Shown piece after piece: positions 7,221 to 12,983 of a DNA stretch of 12,983 bases. The DNA is from Fibrobacteria bacterium. Lineage in GTDB: Bacteria > Fibrobacterota > Fibrobacteria > UBA11236. The DNA lies in NCBI GenBank assembly GCA_041746255.1, contig JBGTHM010000031.1, positions 1 to 12,983 on the forward strand. The letters run 5' to 3'. A model generated the notes under the pieces. That model did no database searches, was not told the DNA's origin, and was given only the letters and a program-made list of their open reading frames with translations. The translations under genes were made by a program, and so were the position numbers. How positions within the stretch are numbered: position 1 is the first letter of the stretch; each line of letters begins with the position of its first letter.

Positions 7221-7366
7221 CCCTCCGTCACCGTGCTCTCAGGCTTTTGGGCGCCGGCAAAACCACCCTGCTAAACCACATGCTCGGCATTCGCGGGTAG
7301 CTGTGCGTCGTCATCGTTAACGACATGAGGTAAGTTTAAATCGATGCCGAGTTGGTCAAAAGCGCC
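7221..7366 (+). pseudogene. Decayed N-terminal remnant of a COG0523 (CobW/ZigA/YeiR) metallochaperone GTPase
   Basis: With one frameshift it reads VTVLSGF/GAGKTTLLNHMLGIRG*LCVVIVNDMR*V*IDAELVKS. The family consensus is PVTVLSGFLGAGKTTLLNHIL...VAVIVNDMSEVNIDA.LV. Confidence 0.85.
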
Positions 7367-7615
7367 CCGTAATGATTTGCGTTCCATCCGGGCCTCATTC
7401 TTTCCCACATCCGCTTAGGAGAACCCTGTTTACACGTGGCGCGCAAGGTTATCGTCTGCTTGGGGGGAAAAGAAAACTTGAGTGTTGCAATTTCCCCTTT
7501 AAACTTGTTTACAGGTTTATGGAAAAAAAGCCTAGCATGGATATCTAGGTCAGGATCCTCGAACCAATCCCAGGTGCTCAGAAAGGGCGCGCACCTTGGG
7601 AGACGAAGTGATCGG

Positions 7616-8422
7616 TTACTTCACGGTGTTCGCATCGAGTGTTACCGCTGTTTGCGCCAGCAATCGACCATTCGCAGTGGCGCCGGTCTTGAGGACAATG
7701 GCGGTCTTGGAAAGTACGACGCCTTCGATATGCGAGGTCGTTCCGAAAACCGCGGTCCCGGCTACTTGCCAGAAAATATTCTTGGCCAAAGCTCCCCCCT
7801 TTAGAATGACTTTGACGCCGGAACTTTGGGTTAGAGTGCCAGCAATCTCGAAAATCCAAATATCCTTTGAGCCGCCTGTGAGGGTTACATTCGTGGGGAT
7901 GAGGACATTGCTGCTCCATTTATAAACGCCAGGACCGAGGTTCCGTCCGCCGATATTTCCTGCGCCCAGTTCGGTGAAGTTTGGAGCCCGGCTGGCGGCA
8001 TCGGAATATGCGGTTTGCATGTCCAGTACCGACGTGGTCAAGTTTGCCGGTGTCGGTGAATCATAATCCGCTGCATAAACCTTTCCGGTTATCAAAGCGG
8101 AGGTCGAATAGGTGCTAGGCGGGGCAATCAAGGAAAAGCCGGTGATGTATGTTGCCGCGGCCGGGCTAACGCCAATATCACCGGTAACCGATGTGTTACC
8201 AGTGGTCGAGATTCCGCTTTTTGCCAAGATCACAAAATTACCTGCCATCCCAAGGTTCACAGAGGCCGTATTTTTGGCGGCTCCGCTGACCTTAAGAGGG
8301 CTTGGTGATATGGTTTCTTCTTTGCTGACGTCCGACAAGCAGCCTACCGTGAAAAACGTAAGCATAAGCGCCATCGTTATTTTCGTCGCGGGTTTTACAC
8401 TGGTCATGTAATATTGATTCAT
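7616..8422 (-). CDS. Ice-binding family protein (DUF3494/IBP-1), probable lipoprotein
   Basis: VNLG.AGNFVILAKSGIS, GDIGVSPAAATYITGF, DMQTAYSDAA.R, PGVYKW and AKNIFWQVAG motifs. Lipobox-like FTVGC. Likely start is ATG 8422 (AAGGA upstream) rather than 8485. Confidence 0.92.
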   Translation of the reverse strand: MNQYYMTSVKPATKITMALMLTFFTVGCLSDVSKEETISPSPLKVSGAAKNTASVNLGMAGNFVILAKSGISTTGNTSVTGDIGVSPAAATYITGFSLIAPPSTYSTSALITGKVYAADYDSPTPANLTTSVLDMQTAYSDAASRAPNFTELGAGNIGGRNLGPGVYKWSSNVLIPTNVTLTGGSKDIWIFEIAGTLTQSSGVKVILKGGALAKNIFWQVAGTAVFGTTSHIEGVVLSKTAIVLKTGATANGRLLAQTAVTLDANTVK

Positions 8423-8914
8423 TTTTTCATCCTTGGGTTTACAGACAAAAAGAAACCGGCTTCGTAACCGCCTCCGTACTCTCAAGTACTGTCATCGAGA
8501 TACATAACAAGATTCGGTTCGACTAGGTTTATCTTTGAGAAGGGACAAACAAGGCTGAAAACGAAGGGTTTCTTTTTGTGGCTGTCCGAGTTACGATTTT
8601 TATGGAGAGATAACTTGCGAATACGAGAGAATGAATTCGCTCCGCGAAGGCCAAAAGCGCGTGATGTCCTCTTCTATCATTCTCACGGCGCTGGCTAAGA
8701 CCAGCTTGTTCCGGTGCTCTTGTTCAATACATGTTGCGGGCGAAGCCTACGGGAGGAAAATGCCCCCACACAAGACATGGAAATTTCAAAACCAGCACTC
8801 CAAGAAAAGAAAAAATGCGCGCGCCGGAAAGACAAAGTTTTACATTCCTTATGATAATCAGCCTAATTATATTTGGTTGGAGAAGAGCATCGCACCCACA
8901 GAGGAGAAACTCCC

Positions 8915-9376
8915 ATGAACAAAGTGACACCTTTCCTCATGTTCAACGACCAGCTCGAAGCGGCGATCGAATTCTACACCGCAACGTTTCCGAACTCGGA
9001 AATACGCAACGTCGCCCGCACGGGAAAGGACGGTCCAATCAGCTCCGCCGAGTTCGTCATTGGTGGTCAACTCTTCATGGGCTATAACGGAGGTTCGTAC
9101 TTCAGCTTCTCTGAGGGTGTCTCGCTCTACGTGGACTGTGCGGATCAGGATGAAGTGGATGAATACTGGGACAAGCTCGTGAAGGCAGGATCAAAGCCCA
9201 CGGCATGCGGTTGGATCAAAGACCCCTTCGGTCTCTCCTGGCAAATTGTCCCTAGACGATTCACCGAGCTAATCGGCGATAGGGATCCCAGGAAGGTGAA
9301 GGCTGTGATGGATGCCATGATGACGATGGTGAAGCTCGACGTGGCGGAGCTCGAGAGAGCCTACAACGAGGCGTAG
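8915..9376 (+). CDS. VOC family protein (PhnB / 3-demethylubiquinone-9 3-methyltransferase-like)
   Basis: KVTPFLMF, FSFSEGVSLYVDC.DQ.EVD.YW.KL and CGWIKDPFGLSWQIVP motifs. GAGGAG RBS at 8901 before ATG 8915. Confidence 0.92.
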   Translation: MNKVTPFLMFNDQLEAAIEFYTATFPNSEIRNVARTGKDGPISSAEFVIGGQLFMGYNGGSYFSFSEGVSLYVDCADQDEVDEYWDKLVKAGSKPTACGWIKDPFGLSWQIVPRRFTELIGDRDPRKVKAVMDAMMTMVKLDVAELERAYNEA

Positions 9377-9418
9377 GCGTGCTCGTCTAGTTAGATGCCC
9401 GAGCTTTCCATGAATGTC

Positions 9419-9477
9419 ACCCAACAAGTCGCTGCAGCCGACCGCCTTCGGCGGCGGCTGAGCGGCAGGCGTTAGCC
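9419..9477 (+). repeat. Canonical integron attC site (59 bp)
   Basis: ACCCAAC...GTTAGCC. The stem CGCT[G]CAGCCG[A]CCGCC-TTC-GGCGGCGGCTGAGCG has two extrahelical bases on the left arm and a 3-nt loop. Confidence 0.9.
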
Positions 9478-9613
9478 CAGTACAGGAAAAAACGTCGCGC
9501 GAAGAAAAAATAAAGCGCCCGTCCGAAAACAAAAACCAGTTTGAATTAAGTCTGTCAAAGGCCTTTTCATTACCTCCATTGATTTTTTATAGAAAACAAA
9601 CAATATTTCAGAT

Positions 9614-9976
9614 ATGAATAATTCAGACACTCATAATCAGCGTATCGCGAAAATGACCTTTACCTCAGTCTATCCACACTATCTTACAAAAGTGGAGAAA
9701 AAGGGTAGGACAAAAGAAGAATTGCATCAGGTCATAGAGTGGCTGACCGGCTTTAAAAGCAATAAGTTGCAGGAACTGCTGAAGGAAAACGTGACTTTTG
9801 AAACCTTTTTCCAGCGGGCTTCCCTGAACCCCAATGCGGACCTCATCACCGGACTGATTTGCGGGTATCGTATTGAGGAAATCGAGAATCCTTTGACAAA
9901 ACGAGTCCGGTACCTAGATAAGTTGGTGGATGAATTAGCCAAGGGGAAGAAAATGGAAAAGATTTTACGTCGTTAG
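9614..9976 (+). CDS. DUF2200 family protein
   Basis: RI.KM.F.SVYPHY..KVEKKGRTKEEL..VI.WLTG, ITG.ICGYR.EEIE.PL and RYLDKLVDELAKGK motifs. Confidence 0.9.
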   Translation: MNNSDTHNQRIAKMTFTSVYPHYLTKVEKKGRTKEELHQVIEWLTGFKSNKLQELLKENVTFETFFQRASLNPNADLITGLICGYRIEEIENPLTKRVRYLDKLVDELAKGKKMEKILRR

Positions 9977-10132
9977 GCAATTTCCTCCTTCCTCTCCGCT
10001 CTAGATCATTGCACAAACTGCGCAGCCCGAAATTCAGCCCTCGCTTCGCACTGCGGCCAAGGTTGGACGAAATCGATCAGGCGCAATCCACTTTCGATAG
10101 CATCGGTTTTTCCGGAATGGAGGGCGGCTTCC

Positions 10133-10453
10133 ATGATTTTCGTCACCGGCGCGACGATAAACGGTGAAAAGAGCAATCCCACCAGCTTGGGGGCGAAGGG
10201 GATCGCTTCGCGGAGTTCTCCGTACTTTATGCGCCGCACATCCATCGGCTTGAATCTTTCCGCGGAATCCTATCCTCTGGATATTTCCCTGATAAACCTG
10301 CAAGGCCGGGAATTATGGCGACTTGACAATGTAACCGGTCCGCAAGTGATTCCGACATGGATCGTTCCCAAAACCGCGTCCATTGCCGTCCTGCAATCCA
10401 GGGGAAAGAATGCGGAATCCTTCCGGTTACCCGTTCATCCGGATTTTCCATGA
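10133..10453 (+). pseudogene. Probable 3' fragment of a secreted-protein gene (C-terminal sorting-like domain only)
   Basis: PTSL linker followed by DISLINLQGRELW, resembling T9SS/Fibrobacter-type C-terminal domains. There is no signal peptide. The frame is open back to 9977. Confidence 0.35.
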
Positions 10454-10463
10454 CGGGGCTCTT

Positions 10464-11567
10464 CTATAACAATGCCAACTTTTTCACATACAACTTGTTG
10501 TCCACTAAGATTTGCAGATACACCAATCCGGATGTCACATTTTGAGGCACAAGATAGGTTGAGTTCCCCATGGGTACGGCCTGATGAATGCTCTTCCCTT
10601 GTGCATCCGTAATTCGCAACGAATAGGTTCCCTCAAGATTTATCGACAAGCGTCGCCCCGCAAGCCTCACCTTATTATCTAAAAAACCATTGACAGGTTT
10701 GATGCTTGAAGGAGTTTCGCATGCGCCGGGCGGTTGCGAAGTGGCGTAGGGGTTGTGCTTCGAGGAAGCGGGGTCCATGCATCCCGTTCGCAAAGTATCG
10801 TATCCTGCCACATACCGGAACCCGCTCAGCAAGAATTCGTTCATAAAAGGAATTTCGAAGGCAGCTTGAGTATGCATTCCCGCCCACCGGAACATCCGGC
10901 TACCTTCTACCTCTTTAACCCAGGCATGAGGATATTCACCCGTACTTTTATTCCAGGCCTTTGGATCTACAGTGAGCAGCATAGTGACACCGGGTTGGCC
11001 GCGAGGATTGAGGTTCATGGTGTTCCATTCATCCGTCCAAGTCATGGATTTCGGGGCCGTTAATCCCTTGAAAATTGGGTGGCTCGCCGCTTCCGCATCG
11101 ACATGAACGGTTCCAGGCTTTATGGGGGTGTGACCGTTGGTGAAGGCGCCCATTGCCGCTCCATACCACGGCCACGCCAAATGGATGTGTTTTTGACCGC
11201 AAGCATGGATGCAAACCGTGCCATTACCAAGACTACTCCACTTTTGATAATCGGCCTGCTGAGTTGCATTAAAGTTAATGTCATAATTGCTTAAAAACAA
11301 AACGAGTTGGTACTGCTTGAGGTTTTCCTCAGTAAAATCGACTTCAAGCCCTTCATCCACTTCAAAGCCGTTGTCTTTCCCCATTTTTTTGGCATAAGCA
11401 TAAGCGACTCTGTCGGGATTGCGACCCCCTGCATAAATAAGGGCTTTCTTTAGCCGAGAGGTAATAAAGGGAGACGTATCCGCGCTCTTCTCCGGTTGTG
11501 CAATCAAGTTCGGCGACATAACAAGGCTGCCCAAAATGGGTAAGACCCATAAAAATCTCTTTGACAT
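10464..11567 (-). CDS. Secreted ThuA-domain (trehalose utilisation / class I GATase-like fold) protein with C-terminal sorting-like domain
   Basis: N-terminal signal peptide and AGGAG RBS. FTEENLKQY.LV.F, G.VCIHA, WPWYG...GA.F.GH, HPI, DEW and P.AW motifs. GCMDP...NP.AT...GAC linker. C-terminal ITDAQGK..SGLVYLQI. Confidence 0.85.
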   Translation of the reverse strand: MSKRFLWVLPILGSLVMSPNLIAQPEKSADTSPFITSRLKKALIYAGGRNPDRVAYAYAKKMGKDNGFEVDEGLEVDFTEENLKQYQLVLFLSNYDINFNATQQADYQKWSSLGNGTVCIHACGQKHIHLAWPWYGAAMGAFTNGHTPIKPGTVHVDAEAASHPIFKGLTAPKSMTWTDEWNTMNLNPRGQPGVTMLLTVDPKAWNKSTGEYPHAWVKEVEGSRMFRWAGMHTQAAFEIPFMNEFLLSGFRYVAGYDTLRTGCMDPASSKHNPYATSQPPGACETPSSIKPVNGFLDNKVRLAGRRLSINLEGTYSLRITDAQGKSIHQAVPMGNSTYLVPQNVTSGLVYLQILVDNKLYVKKLALL

Positions 11568-11606
11568 TTTCTCTTTCTCCTAAAAAATACCACTCATGCC
11601 AAGGGG

Positions 11607-12844
11607 TTAATGCGAAACGACCTTTTCCGTAAAGCTACCCAGATCCGATGAAACGCTTACGATGTACACTCCCTTTTTAGGCAATGTTACGGAGAAAACC
11701 CCTTGATTGCTTTTTAGTGGATAGGGGAGCCGGCGTCCCGAGGCATTATGGATCCTCACGGTAAACTCGGCCGCCGCATTCTTTTTAACGATGGACAATT
11801 GGTTGTTCTGGAATGCGAGTCCAAAGTCATTCGCCGAGGCATGTTTTTGCACATTGGCGGTTAAAGGAGACTCGGAACCGATTTCATTCAAGGTGTACCA
11901 TGCATAGGGGAACCAAAGCGGACTACCTGATTGTGACTGCATCCCGGAGCTGAACGAAAACTGATAGACTCTGCCTTTCTGCAGCCCCTCGATGGACAAC
12001 GCTACGGTTTTTCGATCCGGGGACATTTCCAACCGGGTAATTTTCATATCCCTTGTATCTTCGGCCACTCCACCATACTTTTGTTCCGCTTTTCCATAGT
12101 GCCATGAACGAACCCAAAAATTTTCAGGTTTCAAATCCGTTTCCCGAATAGGATCGGTAAAGGTGATGTCGAAACCGACATTGGTGGAATTGATGCGATG
12201 GATGTCCATTAACTCCTTACCGTTTCTCTGCCATTTCATCAAACCCGATAAGCGTCCGAGATAACTCCAGCTGCTTGGCGCAGGCGATCCCAAACCCCCG
12301 CCGTAAATAGTGCCATCAGGTCCTTGCAGGATGGATTGAATGCCCGCCTCCAAAATTCCACTGAAGGTAAATACGGCTCCCTGATAAACATCGTTCACCT
12401 TTTCAAGGTATGCCCTGTGCACCTTGCCCATGTGAATGTCGCCCATCAAAAATTGTCCCGCGAACTCACCTTGGTTCAATTCAAACATATCCGTGGGAGA
12501 ATTGCCGACGGTTCGATACGGAATCCAAATTGCGGGTTGCTGAATGGAATCCGGAGGGGGCGGAGGAGCCCACGAGGTTTGCGTCAATTGGGTTGGATAG
12601 CCGTAGTGCTTCCCTTCCACCATATGATAGATGGGGTTTGCCTTCCGCCACTCCCCCTGATTGTCGGTGAAAAACAAATCGCCCGTGGATTTCTTCACCC
12701 CCACGCCATTAGGCATACGCATGCCTCGGACGAAATGAGTCCATGCGCCTGTTTTCAGATCCACTTTGTAGATATAACCCGGCTCTTTTTCCGTTACATA
12801 TTTTTTATAGCCCCCAATGCCGAAATAAATGAAGCCGTCATGAT
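11607..12844 (-). pseudogene. Secreted beta-propeller (glucose/sorbosone dehydrogenase-like) protein with C-terminal sorting-like domain, 5' part cut off by IS21-type element
   Basis: GMRMPNG, FFTDNQGEW, GKHYG, PAIWIP, SPT, FAGQFLMGD, YQGAVF and AWYTLN motifs, and a C-terminal NASGR...KGVYIV. The first ~21 residues of the 11607..12908 ORF are read from IS sequence. Confidence 0.7.
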
Positions 12845-12983
12845 TGCAGAATCCGGTGAAAGTGACCGGGCGATCCGGTTCAAAGTGACCGACAGCCACC
12901 CTTGTCATAGCCGGTCACCATGGACCGGATTTCAACCGATTAGAAGTTACTCATTGCCGGTCACTTTGGGTACGGATTTTGGG
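12845..12983 (+). mobile_element. IS21-family insertion sequence end (probably left end)
   Basis: Starts TGCAGAATCCGG. Direct repeats ATCCGGT-N2/3-AAGTGACCG at 12851 and 12873, and inverted copies CCGGTCAC...CGGATT at 12911 and 12957, as in the multi-repeat ends of IS21/IS408-like elements. Confidence 0.8.

Noticed and set aside
8631..8914. ORFs 8631..8918 and 8731..9087, and imperfect inverted repeats around 8709-8829
   Set aside because: No protein motifs. The pairing is short and does not match a riboswitch or attC consensus that I can recognise.
12845..12908. N-terminus MTRVAVGHFEPDRPVTFTGFC of ORF 11607..12908
   Set aside because: It is translated from IS terminal repeats and is not the native gene start.
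1..12983. Integron integrase (intI) or attI
   Set aside because: No ORF with tyrosine-recombinase R-H-R-H-Y motifs is present in the window.

Overview
This is an accessory, mobile-element-rich region bounded by two insertion-sequence ends. An IS256-type right end lies at 1-141. An IS21-type end starts at 12845 and cuts off the 5' part of a secreted beta-propeller gene. The left 3 kb is an integrase-less gene-cassette array with a HEPN-domain cassette and a BrnT/BrnA toxin-antitoxin cassette. These are separated by a family of unusually long (~250-260 bp), highly structured attC-like repeats, and the cassette ends show extended, interrupted complementarity. Next come a GC-rich DGPF/YciI + ECF42 sigma module with its cognate promoter, a DUF3052-like gene and an AAA_14/DUF4143 ATPase. 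The ATPase has tandem palindromic operators and a non-canonical Walker A. These are followed by a decayed COG0523 GTPase relic, a DUF3494 ice-binding lipoprotein with a structured leader, a VOC/PhnB gene ending in a canonical 59-bp attC, a DUF2200 gene, and secreted proteins with T9SS-like C-terminal domains. The latter suggest a Fibrobacterota/FCB host (inference). All family calls are from motif recognition; no database searches were run.
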